Source of the DNA: an uncultured Clostridia bacterium | Lineage (GTDB): Bacteria; Bacillota; Clostridia; Christensenellales; UBA1242 | Length of the DNA: 35,792 bases | Assembly (NCBI GenBank): GCA_904397185.1 | Contig: CAJFOL010000111.1 | Location: forward strand, 1-35,792 | Reading direction: 5' to 3' | Shown here: in pieces, positions 27,091 through 35,655 of the stretch | Position numbering within the stretch: position 1 is the first letter of the stretch | Layout: each line of letters starts with the position of its first letter | Made by a program: the position numbers and the translations under genes | Notes under the pieces: generated by a model | Told to the model about the DNA's origin: nothing | Databases searched by the model: none | The model's input: only the letters and a program-made list of their open reading frames with translations

Positions 27091-29634
27091 TTATAATTTC
27101 CCTGTATCTGGTTCATCCGTTCTCCTGACTTCAATTTTATTCTTGATCAGAATTCTATCAAAAAATTTATCCGTGCCCTCGAAAACAGGATTGATAAATT
27201 TAGCTCCTTTAAACGAATCCACATTCAAATTCTTACTGTCTTTGAATATCACTCCGATAAAGCACGTATTATTAAAGTTCGTTTCTGTAAAGTCGCAGCC
27301 GTCAAACTCGGCACCGGACACTGTGCCGTCTGCGAAACTGGCAAAAGCAAAATTACATTTGCGAAATACAGAATAATTAAAACTGGACTGCCCGAGAAAC
27401 GCATTTTTAAATATACAGTCCTCAAAAGTCGAGTAAGATGACAGCATCCCGCTCGCTATGCAGTTTATAAAGGAAACTTTACTGAAAATTGCTCTTGTCA
27501 ATTCGGCTTCTTTCAGTATAACATCCTGAAATGAACTTTCATTCACTCGAGCCATTGTCAGATCAATCCGGCTGCAATCGCTACGCTCAAAGGAGCAAAG
27601 ACTGAATTTTGCCACAGATGCATGAAGCTTATTCATATCCGAATCCTCAAAATTAACCAGACAGCATCTGCTTTTATAGAATATTGCATCTGACAAGACT
27701 GTGCTTCGGAAATCTGACGCACCGATTCTTCCCTGGCGCAGATTTGCCTGTTCCATAATACATCCATGCATGTCACAGGCATATATTTTACTTGAATCCA
27801 TCTGTGTTTTTACAAACACACTCTGTTCCATGCATGTTCTGTAAAATACAATGTCCGTCAGCTCTGCGTCTGTAAAATCGCACTGATTCATCTTAAAAAC
27901 TGCCTCTTCCGCTATTATCCCCCATGTCTTTTTCATCATACGGCTATTATCCCTGTAAAGACAGTTCCGCTCTTTCAGCATATCCGCCTTTTCCCCTTTC
28001 GCTTCTGTCCAGATCAGGCGAAGCGCCTCAAAGCTATCCTTTTCAGGGAAAAGGTCCAGTCTGATCCGCTCCAAAACAGATGATACAAACCCGCATTCTT
28101 TCATATCTCTGTCTTCACCTTGTTTCAGAGTGATCTCTATATCTATAAGCCGTGAAGAAGAAAATTGATTCTTCCCAAGCTCCCCTTTTTCCAAATTGAC
28201 ATTCGCCAGGACAACGCCCTCAAACTGTGCCCGTTTAAGGTCACAATTTCTCAGCTCTGCGCCTGTAAAGTCAACATTTTCAAATGCTGCGTTCTGAAAA
28301 AAGCAGTCCTCGAAAAATGTATTCGCAAACGAGCAATCCTCACTGCTGGTATAATAAAACTCACAGTTCTTGAAGGAAGCCATACCAAAATTGCAGTCTT
28401 TTATACGGTTTCTTACAAAAAGACTGGAATCAAATAATGAAGTTCGAAAAGACGAAGACTCAAAACGGATACCGTAAAAATCAATAAAACTGAATTTTCC
28501 CGACGGGAAAAAGACCTCTAGCTTTGGAAGCATACAAAAAACATAAAGAGAAAGCTGCATCAAGAAAAACAAAAAAAGTGTTCCAATTTCATTTTCTTTA
28601 AGAGGCTCTCTTTCTTTTCTTGGATCCGTCTCTATCTGTACCTGGAGCAGATTCCGTATTTCCGACAAAAGATAATACGCATCACAAAATCCTCCCCCGT
28701 CTATTTTGATCGCCTGCTTTATTCCTAAAACATTCTCATATGGATAATTCTTGCCCCAAGCATGGGCTTTAGCATCATTTTGTTCTACATCAGTATCTCC
28801 ATATACACTTTCTCCATGTTCTACCGCAAATCTTACTCTTTCCGCCATTGATTGCCTGTGCAAAAATCCCTCGCCGTTTTCTGCAAGACAAAACAATATC
28901 TTTTCCCATTCTGAGAATCTGTTAATAAATTTCTTTTTATTGATTCTGTTTACTTTTGTCTCATCCTCGATTTGGAGCCATGCCTCCAGACTTTCAGCCC
29001 CGTTTGTTATTCGATCAATCAATTCATCAAAAGTTTCATTATCAGATCTATCCCAAAGCATACGCTCTCGCTTCTGCTTTAATGTATCAAGCAATTTTCT
29101 CGCTTCTGCGCTCTGTAATTTGAAAAGTTTATCCGCCGTCTTATGAAGCCCTCTGTCTATATCAATACATTTATTCAAAAACCAGGCGGACCCGATCAGG
29201 CATACTCCATATAACACAATAAGAATGATACGTACTTCATCTCTTGAGCGAATATGTCTAAAATAGAACATGCTGTAAAGGCAGATTACAATTCCCATCA
29301 GAGCAAGAGAAGTAAGCATATAGATCCAAAGACTTCTCATTGTTTTATCCCGGTATTCGCGGATCACCACACTGTAATATGTCTTTTCGTCAGACGTTCT
29401 GTCCAGAGCTTCTTTCAAAAACACATATGATGTGATCAGACTTCCCAGCATTGTTGCTATCAATGTAATAAGCATCGGCCACAATGTGCTTCTTTGATCA
29501 TCATAGACTTTGTTTATCTCATCGAACTTTTCTTCACTGATCAGAAAAATCACTGCTACCGCCACTGCAAATATAATAACAATAGAAACCGTAACCTTTA
29601 ATTTGCTACGCTTTTTATCCGTATGCCTACTCAT
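27091..29634 (-). CDS. membrane-anchored pentapeptide-repeat protein (N-terminal 4-5 TM helices, helical linker domain, two pentapeptide-repeat blocks)
   Basis: The track ORF is 854 aa from GTG 29655. The ATG at 29632-29634 (MSRHTDKK) has an AAGAGGA SD 5 nt upstream. Hydrophobic segments include VTVSIVIIFAVAVAVIFLI, LWPMLITLIATMLGSLITSYVF, LWIYMLTSLALMGIVICLY and ILIVLYGVCLIGSAWFL. Pentapeptide-like runs include CNFGMASFKNCEFYYTSSEDCSFANTFFEDCFFQNAAFENVDFTGAELRNCDL and CDFTDAELTDIVFYRT...ANLRQGRIGASDFRSTVLSDAIF. Confidence 0.8.
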   Translation of the reverse strand: MSRHTDKKRSKLKVTVSIVIIFAVAVAVIFLISEEKFDEINKVYDDQRSTLWPMLITLIATMLGSLITSYVFLKEALDRTSDEKTYYSVVIREYRDKTMRSLWIYMLTSLALMGIVICLYSMFYFRHIRSRDEVRIILIVLYGVCLIGSAWFLNKCIDIDRGLHKTADKLFKLQSAEARKLLDTLKQKRERMLWDRSDNETFDELIDRITNGAESLEAWLQIEDETKVNRINKKKFINRFSEWEKILFCLAENGEGFLHRQSMAERVRFAVEHGESVYGDTDVEQNDAKAHAWGKNYPYENVLGIKQAIKIDGGGFCDAYYLLSEIRNLLQVQIETDPRKEREPLKENEIGTLFLFFLMQLSLYVFCMLPKLEVFFPSGKFSFIDFYGIRFESSSFRTSLFDSSLFVRNRIKDCNFGMASFKNCEFYYTSSEDCSFANTFFEDCFFQNAAFENVDFTGAELRNCDLKRAQFEGVVLANVNLEKGELGKNQFSSSRLIDIEITLKQGEDRDMKECGFVSSVLERIRLDLFPEKDSFEALRLIWTEAKGEKADMLKERNCLYRDNSRMMKKTWGIIAEEAVFKMNQCDFTDAELTDIVFYRTCMEQSVFVKTQMDSSKIYACDMHGCIMEQANLRQGRIGASDFRSTVLSDAIFYKSRCCLVNFEDSDMNKLHASVAKFSLCSFERSDCSRIDLTMARVNESSFQDVILKEAELTRAIFSKVSFINCIASGMLSSYSTFEDCIFKNAFLGQSSFNYSVFRKCNFAFASFADGTVSGAEFDGCDFTETNFNNTCFIGVIFKDSKNLNVDSFKGAKFINPVFEGTDKFFDRILIKNKIEVRRTDEPDTGKL

Positions 29635-29669
29635 CTCAATCCTCTTTCCCATCACACTTTATCTCTGGT

Positions 29670-30071
29670 TTACTGATGTCTGAAACAACTCATCCTTGCC
29701 TTGATAACATATATACGCATCTTATCTTTGTCTTCACGCTTCTCTATTTCTCCCACAGTTTGTTCACAAAATGAAAAAATTTCTGTTTCTTTCTCATATT
29801 CCACATATTCCTTTTGCTTTCTCATGTGAAAAATATACAGAAAAACAGCCGTCCCTGCAATCCCAAGCATGACCAGAGCAAGCAAAATAAACAAACACAC
29901 CTGCAAAAGGGATACATTCCTGAAAAATAATATAACTATTAAACCTATAATCACCAACATACCAGCTATGGCGCTTATAGCCGCTATTACTAATGCCCCA
30001 ATAGCCGCTCTTTCGCACCACTTGTAGTAATCTTTTATCGCATCTGTTTTATTTGTGTTTTCCTGCTCCAT
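29670..30071 (-). CDS. small integral membrane protein (2 predicted TM helices)
   Basis: 133-aa ORF. Hydrophobic stretches are AAIGALVIAAISAIAGMLVIIGLIVILFF and LLQVCLFILLALVMLGIAGTAVFLYIF. An AGAGGGAG SD is present. The gene lies 14 nt upstream of the pentapeptide-repeat gene. Confidence 0.7.
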   Translation of the reverse strand: MEQENTNKTDAIKDYYKWCERAAIGALVIAAISAIAGMLVIIGLIVILFFRNVSLLQVCLFILLALVMLGIAGTAVFLYIFHMRKQKEYVEYEKETEIFSFCEQTVGEIEKREDKDKMRIYVIKARMSCFRHQ

Positions 30072-30448
30072 AGGCTCCCTCTTTCTTCGTCAGCAACTTC
30101 TCTTTGAACGATTCTGATATCTTGTCGCCCCTGCCCGCAAAGGGCTGAGGTGATTTTATCCCTAATCGCCTAATCATTTTATAGGCACTTTAATTCGCGC
30201 ATAGCGGAAAGTACAAACTTATACGTTTTTGTTGGATTTCCAAATCAATACCATCATTAAGATGGAGATTTAAAATATAACCGTCAGCTTTTTCTTTCAT
30301 GCTTCTTCCCTATAATCTATAATTTCTCCATTAGCCATGAATTCCTTTCCTTGAACACCACAATATAAGATTTTTTTATTTTATCATGCTTCTTTTTCGA
30401 AGTCACTTGATTTCTTCTTAACAATTACAGCTAATGTGAATTTTTTCC

Positions 30449-30510
30449 ACTACACCATTTTCTTTCAAAATGACGATTTTTAACGCCACAGAACAAAACG
30501 ATCCCAAACG
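30449..30510. repeat. copy B of the mosaic intergenic repeat (left arm joined directly to right arm)
   Basis: 30449-30481 matches 35668-35700, and 30482-30510 matches 35764-35792. The 63-nt centre of copy C is absent. Confidence 0.8.
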
Positions 30511-30673
30511 AGCCAAGAGGTGAATGCTAATTTTAAAGATTATCATTAAGCTACGAGCCATGCAGGGAAAAAACATTTTTGATCTTTACAACGACAATCG
30601 CGACAAAACAACCTTCACAAGATGTACGGTAGAAAAAATTTGTTCGCATATCATATTCTACCTATTAACCATA

Positions 30674-32026
30674 TTAAATCCCAAGATCATCAATAGTAAT
30701 TTCACTCAATTCTCGGTCAGAAATTCCTGCAAGTAATGCCAATCTATTTGCCTGATTGGATAGCGCTGACTCAAACAAATTTCTCATATCTCGTCCATTG
30801 GCAAAGTTCTCTGGTCTATAATTACACAGTTGCTCCAGATAATTTCGTAAATGCTTTTCAGTGTCTGTCGCCAATACCATATCATTGGATTTACAAAATA
30901 CTTCAAATATTTCAAAAAGTTCATCTTTCGAATAATCTTCAAAAAAAATACTCTTATTAAATCTTGACTTTAGTCCTGGATTAGATTCTAAAAAATCTTC
31001 CATTGGGCCGGGATAACCAGCAACAATCACAACAAAATTCTCACGATTATCTTCCATCGCCTTGAGAATCGTATCAATAGCCTCTTGACCAAAATCGCCT
31101 CCGCCTTTTGCCAATGTATACGCTTCATCAATAAACAAAATTCCACCCATAGCTTCATTGATTTTTTCTTTCGTTTTCAATGCGGTCTGCCCCACATATC
31201 CAGCAACTAAGCCCGCCCGGTCAACTTCCACCAATTGCCCCTTTTCCAGAACACCTAACTGCTTATATATCTTTGAGATCAGACGTGCCACAGTTGTTTT
31301 TCCGGTTCCAGGATTACCCAAAAAAACTAAATGCCTTGATACATTCGGCACTTTATGCCCTCTATTTTTGCGAATCTTATTGATTTTTAGCAGATTAATG
31401 AGACTGTTGACCTCTTGCTTTACTCTGGCAAGCCCAATTAAGCTATTAAGTTTGTCCAAAAGCTCTTCAATCGTTTCTTCTGGCTCGTTTAACTCTTCCA
31501 ACTTATTATCCTTATCGCACCGCTCTTTAAGCCGCTTATCCTCAGCTTGCACAGTACTTTCTTCCATGACGCTAGTATCGTTTTCTAAAATACTTTCAGA
31601 ATATTCCTTCATCGTCTTCAACTGTTCTGTAAATCTTTTGGAGTCGATATCTTTCTTGTCATATCGACTTAATGTATAAAATCTTCCTATTTCAACAGCA
31701 CAAGCCAAATACAAAGACGATAATCTCACACCTTTCCCATTCGTCAGCTTCTGATCAAGATTACACAGGATTTCAAATGCTTCCGGTATTGCTCCCACTT
31801 CAGAAGTCGGCTCTATAAAACGCAAAGCCGGGGCTATATATGTCTCCTTGAAAAGCGCAATTCTGTCTTCGGTCCCTGCTATCGAAATGTATTTGATAAA
31901 ATTCAGGATCTCACGGACAGTCATCCCTTCTATATCCCGTTTTTCTCCAATAGCCAAAAGTATGGGCTGTACTGATCTGCAGGCCGACAGGAGATTATCT
32001 AAAGCATTTTTTACATCTACGACCAT
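30674..32026 (-). CDS. AAA+ ATPase of the SpoVK/CbbX/EccA type with an uncharacterised ~190-aa N-terminal domain
   Basis: 450-aa ORF. Motifs are Walker A FLGNPGTGKTTVARLI, Walker B GGILFIDEAY, VIVAGYP and a sensor region LKSRF. An AGGAGGAGG SD is present. The ORF starts 14 nt after the upstream gene. Confidence 0.85.
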   Translation of the reverse strand: MVVDVKNALDNLLSACRSVQPILLAIGEKRDIEGMTVREILNFIKYISIAGTEDRIALFKETYIAPALRFIEPTSEVGAIPEAFEILCNLDQKLTNGKGVRLSSLYLACAVEIGRFYTLSRYDKKDIDSKRFTEQLKTMKEYSESILENDTSVMEESTVQAEDKRLKERCDKDNKLEELNEPEETIEELLDKLNSLIGLARVKQEVNSLINLLKINKIRKNRGHKVPNVSRHLVFLGNPGTGKTTVARLISKIYKQLGVLEKGQLVEVDRAGLVAGYVGQTALKTKEKINEAMGGILFIDEAYTLAKGGGDFGQEAIDTILKAMEDNRENFVVIVAGYPGPMEDFLESNPGLKSRFNKSIFFEDYSKDELFEIFEVFCKSNDMVLATDTEKHLRNYLEQLCNYRPENFANGRDMRNLFESALSNQANRLALLAGISDRELSEITIDDLGI

Positions 32027-32040
32027 AACCTCCTCCTATC

Positions 32041-33075
32041 TTACATCATTGCCACTTGTTTCATTGCCACATCAAATACTTCTCTATATTCTGAAGTGTC
32101 ATATTCTGCAAACGCTTCTTTCAAAGCAGACTCTATACTTTCTTTAACCTCACGAAAGCTTGTCTCCCGAATGTCGTTCAATATCGTTGCGTCTCCAATT
32201 GCAACAATCAATTTCTGATTATCTTCTACTTCCTGACGCAACCCACTAACCTGATCAAGCAATTCAGTATAATAAATATCAACACCTGTTGTTGTAAGTC
32301 TAGTTTCAAACATTCCATGATCCTGCAGCTTTTCAATAAACCATTGCGACAGCAACGTAGAATATACTGTCATCCATTTGTTGTGGGAGGAATGCCATAC
32401 ATTCTGATCTCCAACCACTTCATGGTGATTGAAATAATATTGCTCATCAAAATAACACAACGACACCGTCAACATTGCAAGCAGAGAAAAAATAGAAACA
32501 ATAATGGTATCCCCATCTGTTGCAATATCTTTTTGAAACACATTAATGAGCATTTCCAGTACATTATATTCTGCATCAACCAACTTTCTCATCTTTTCTT
32601 CAGAATAAGGCTGCTGGATTTTTCTTGCATCAAGCATATCTGTATGTTCTGACAGAACCTTTTTAAACTCATATTCCGTTTGTATGTCCGTACCTTGCTT
32701 TATCAAATGTTGAAGCTGAATAAATTGCTGGTTAATCTCTGCGCTCATTTTGTCCAGTTTTTCATATATAATTGCAAAACCGGCACAGGTTCCACAAAGG
32801 TTTAATCCGTTCAGAACAATACTCAGATTCTGCATTCTTGCAACCTGCTGAATTATATTTAGGTTCTTATTTTCAAAAAGATTATTTATACCCAACGCCT
32901 GCAAAGCTTTATCTGCTACTTCCTTCGCCTCATTCTGCGGTAATTCATTTAAAGCAACCTTCTGAAAGTTTTGGATTCTTTTATTTTTTCCTCTCATAAC
33001 AATTTCAAGGACTTTTTTATCATTCAAAAAAGGGGTTAATTGTTCCAACGCATCTACGATCAATGTATCACTCAT
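32041..33075 (-). CDS. hypothetical protein with two hydrophobic segments (unknown function)
   Basis: 344-aa ORF with an AAGGAG SD 9 nt upstream. It has an ATGAGTGA overlap with the upstream gene. Hydrophobic segments are LSIVLNGLNLCGTCAGFAIIY and TIIVSIFSLLAMLTVSLCYF. Confidence 0.65.
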   Translation of the reverse strand: MSDTLIVDALEQLTPFLNDKKVLEIVMRGKNKRIQNFQKVALNELPQNEAKEVADKALQALGINNLFENKNLNIIQQVARMQNLSIVLNGLNLCGTCAGFAIIYEKLDKMSAEINQQFIQLQHLIKQGTDIQTEYEFKKVLSEHTDMLDARKIQQPYSEEKMRKLVDAEYNVLEMLINVFQKDIATDGDTIIVSIFSLLAMLTVSLCYFDEQYYFNHHEVVGDQNVWHSSHNKWMTVYSTLLSQWFIEKLQDHGMFETRLTTTGVDIYYTELLDQVSGLRQEVEDNQKLIVAIGDATILNDIRETSFREVKESIESALKEAFAEYDTSEYREVFDVAMKQVAMM

Positions 33076-33718
33076 GATAATATTCTCCTTGTATCTTATC
33101 TCCTACAATTTTATAAAGTATGATAATGGCAACAATAAAGGTGCAGGTATCCGAACAGTAGAGATCCCTTATATCAAATCTCTTTTTTCTTATCTTTAAA
33201 ATTGTACTCTCCTCATCTTTCAAAGAAGCGATAATAATATCAGGATCAATACATGCAGCAGAAAAATCAAAGTTACTAATTTCTTTATGATTATTTGAAA
33301 TTACTGCCGTATAAAGGCACATTGTTATTCTTGTGAAGTCAATTAAATTGCAAACGGACAATGATCGTACTTTTCTGATTGACTGTGCCTTTTCAAGATA
33401 CTTTCGTGCTCTTGGAACAATAACGGGTTCTGCATCTTTCTTCTTAGACTGCGGTGTTTTAACTACATACTGATCAACAAGCACTTCGATATTATCCATG
33501 TAGGAATTGATAAATTTCTCAAAGTTTTTCCCCGTTTTCAATTCAAGTTTCTCAAAATAGTCACAGATTTTTTCTGCCAGTATATCCTGTGTGATCTCCG
33601 AATCTGAAATTATAGAAAAAGATAAGTACTCTCCAACTAGTGTTTTCTGGAGCAATTGATAAATATCCGGTTCCAATGTGCAAACTGTTGATTTTACAAA
33701 TTCACTGTAATTCACCAC
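33068..33718 (-). CDS. hypothetical protein with C-terminal hydrophobic tail (unknown function)
   Basis: 216-aa ORF with a GTG start preceded by AAGGGGGA. The C-terminal segment is CTFIVAIIILYKIV. I recognise no motif. Confidence 0.6.
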   Translation of the reverse strand: MVNYSEFVKSTVCTLEPDIYQLLQKTLVGEYLSFSIISDSEITQDILAEKICDYFEKLELKTGKNFEKFINSYMDNIEVLVDQYVVKTPQSKKKDAEPVIVPRARKYLEKAQSIRKVRSLSVCNLIDFTRITMCLYTAVISNNHKEISNFDFSAACIDPDIIIASLKDEESTILKIRKKRFDIRDLYCSDTCTFIVAIIILYKIVGDKIQGEYYHE

Positions 33719-33809
33719 TGATCCCCCTTAATGTTTCGTATATTTACATGTAGCAACTCACTTTAATATTCTTCTTCAATTTGAAATGCATTTTTCATCC
33801 CCAAAATAG

Positions 33810-34799
33810 TTACTCCTCTTTCGGAACTGGAATGTAAACCTGTTTGAGCGGAATCATCTTCCTATATTTTTCACTTAAATCTTCATAGTATTTCAAAATA
33901 AGCTCAACAAGTTCGGTGCCATTGATGCCACGAATAATTGGCGTATTATCAAGATACTTCTGTGCATTCTTCGTATAATTTGAAAGAGTTACAAACAGAC
34001 CATAATCGCCTTCTCTCATTGCGCCCTTCACTGACTGAATTGTCGTTTCTTTAATATCTCCATCCTGACTCTTTACCTGAACAAGAATACGAGGCGGAAG
34101 TTCATCCTTATATGCAGTAATATCTATACCGCTGTCGCCACCATGCGGTGATACGGTTGTTCTGTATCCCATAGCTCTAAGAAGATCTGCGACAAAGCTT
34201 TCCAAGTCATAACCTTTAAGCTGACGGCTTAACTCCTTTAAAATAAAATCTTTTGTACTTTCGATAATGTCATCTGCTGTTGCACCAACACTCTCATCCT
34301 CCGAATCAGAAGAATAGTTCTTCTTGAAATCCTTGTCAAGTGCGCCAAGATACTCATCTGCATAATTTTTTACAGAAAACAAAGACATTGCTGATTCAAT
34401 CTCATAAAGCGCCCCCTGAGAAAACACCATCCTCGGAAGGTGTTTCAACCACTTTACTTTTCTTGTCTGTACATATTCAACTTGTGTTGAATCATATACA
34501 TATCCACCTTCAACAACTCCGATATTTACTTCCCGGTTACTCTTTGAAGGGAATACAACATAATCGCCAATCTGCATTTCATAGCAGAATCGATAAAGCA
34601 TTCCTGCACCGGTTGCAATATTTCCTTTCTTCGCATCTGGATAAACCTGTGTATATTTTTCTTTAAAGGCATCTCTGTTTGCATTAATGCAGCTAAGGTC
34701 TCCCATAGCACTCCAGCCGATTGCAATTACATTATTCCTGAGAAACAGATTATCATCCTGCGTATGTATTCCCTAGATTCTTATTTCATCATTTGTCAT
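33810..34799 (-). pseudogene. Mrr-family (Mrr_cat PD-(D/E)XK) restriction endonuclease gene interrupted by an in-frame TAG at codon 9; the longest intact ORF is 33810-34706
   Basis: ATG 34797-34799 has an AAAGGAG SD 7 nt upstream and reads MTNDEIRI, then TAG (34773-34775), then GIHTQDDNLFLRNNVIAIGWSAMGDLS in the same frame as the 298-aa track ORF. The C-terminal catalytic region is GGDSGIDITAY...ILVQVKS. Confidence 0.7.
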
Positions 34800-34882
34800 C
34801 TTCAAACTCCTTTGCCCTTCGTTATTAAATATGTAATACATCTGCCTCTTAACTGTATTAAAAAACCTATCCTTTTATCAAT

Positions 34883-35560
34883 CTAATCTATGTTTCCTTT
34901 TTCAAATAATTCATTAAATGATATCAGATTCTCCTCAAAATCATTTGCTTTAATTTTATTATTCCAACTTAAAATTTCTTCAGCCAGATCGATCTGGAAA
35001 TCATTTCTGTTTTCTATGAATTTTTCATAGATTTCATCAAATATATTTTTATAATACATCTGCTGACAGGAGCAAATCATGTATTCCTTAAAGCTCAATA
35101 ATTCCTGAACTTTAGTAGGCCATTCACACCAATTATCAGCCATATATTTCAAAAACCATGGCCATAGTTCATTTAAATTTCTATGTATCATTTGCAAGTT
35201 TGGTCCATAATTCTTAGAAACAATAGTTCTTGGAACAGGTGCAAAATTTCCAATTGTATGATATATTGCTTTAAATTTCAAAGCACCATTATTATAATTA
35301 TAAACTTCAGCTTGGTACTTAGGCTGACACTTATTAGGATTATTCATAATATCGAACAAAAAATCTTTTTCAATATTATTCTTTTTAACACTAATTGCAA
35401 TTCTATCATTAGGCTTAATCATTGCTTGAAAGCCATTTTGACCAAACATTTCCACAAAAACGCTCTTTGACAATTCTGTTTGCTCATATCCAATTGTTTC
35501 ATCATTTCTCGCATAACTGTCATCCTCGAAATTATAATCCCATGGTATAGCATCCTTCAT
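34883..35560 (-). CDS. hypothetical protein (unknown function), first gene downstream of repeat copy C
   Basis: The track ORF is 251 aa from TTG 35638. ATG 35558-35560 (MKDAIPWDY) has a GAGGA SD 5 nt upstream, giving 225 aa. I recognise no motif. Confidence 0.55.
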   Translation of the reverse strand: MKDAIPWDYNFEDDSYARNDETIGYEQTELSKSVFVEMFGQNGFQAMIKPNDRIAISVKKNNIEKDFLFDIMNNPNKCQPKYQAEVYNYNNGALKFKAIYHTIGNFAPVPRTIVSKNYGPNLQMIHRNLNELWPWFLKYMADNWCEWPTKVQELLSFKEYMICSCQQMYYKNIFDEIYEKFIENRNDFQIDLAEEILSWNNKIKANDFEENLISFNELFEKGNID

Positions 35561-35655
35561 ACTTTTCCTCGATCTAGTTTGATTATATTTATTCAATATT
35601 GTAATCTTCGATAACACTTTAGTTTCTGGCTGTTCCAAGATAATTATAGTATTTT

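Noticed and set aside
30190-30338. Two tiny ATGA-coupled minus-strand ORFs (13 aa MANGEIIDYREEA with an AAGGAAAGGA SD, then a 36-aa MKEKADGYILNLHLNDGIDLEIQQKRISLYFPLCAN) in the leader of the TM/pentapeptide operon
   Set aside because: They are too short to support as genes. They could be a decayed gene remnant or leader peptides, and I recognise no family.
30524-30736. 70-aa plus-strand ORF in the 600-bp noncoding gap next to repeat copy B
   Set aside because: It is the only plus-strand candidate not fully inside another gene, but it runs into the 3' end of the AAA+ gene, has no SD and has AT-rich low-complexity content.
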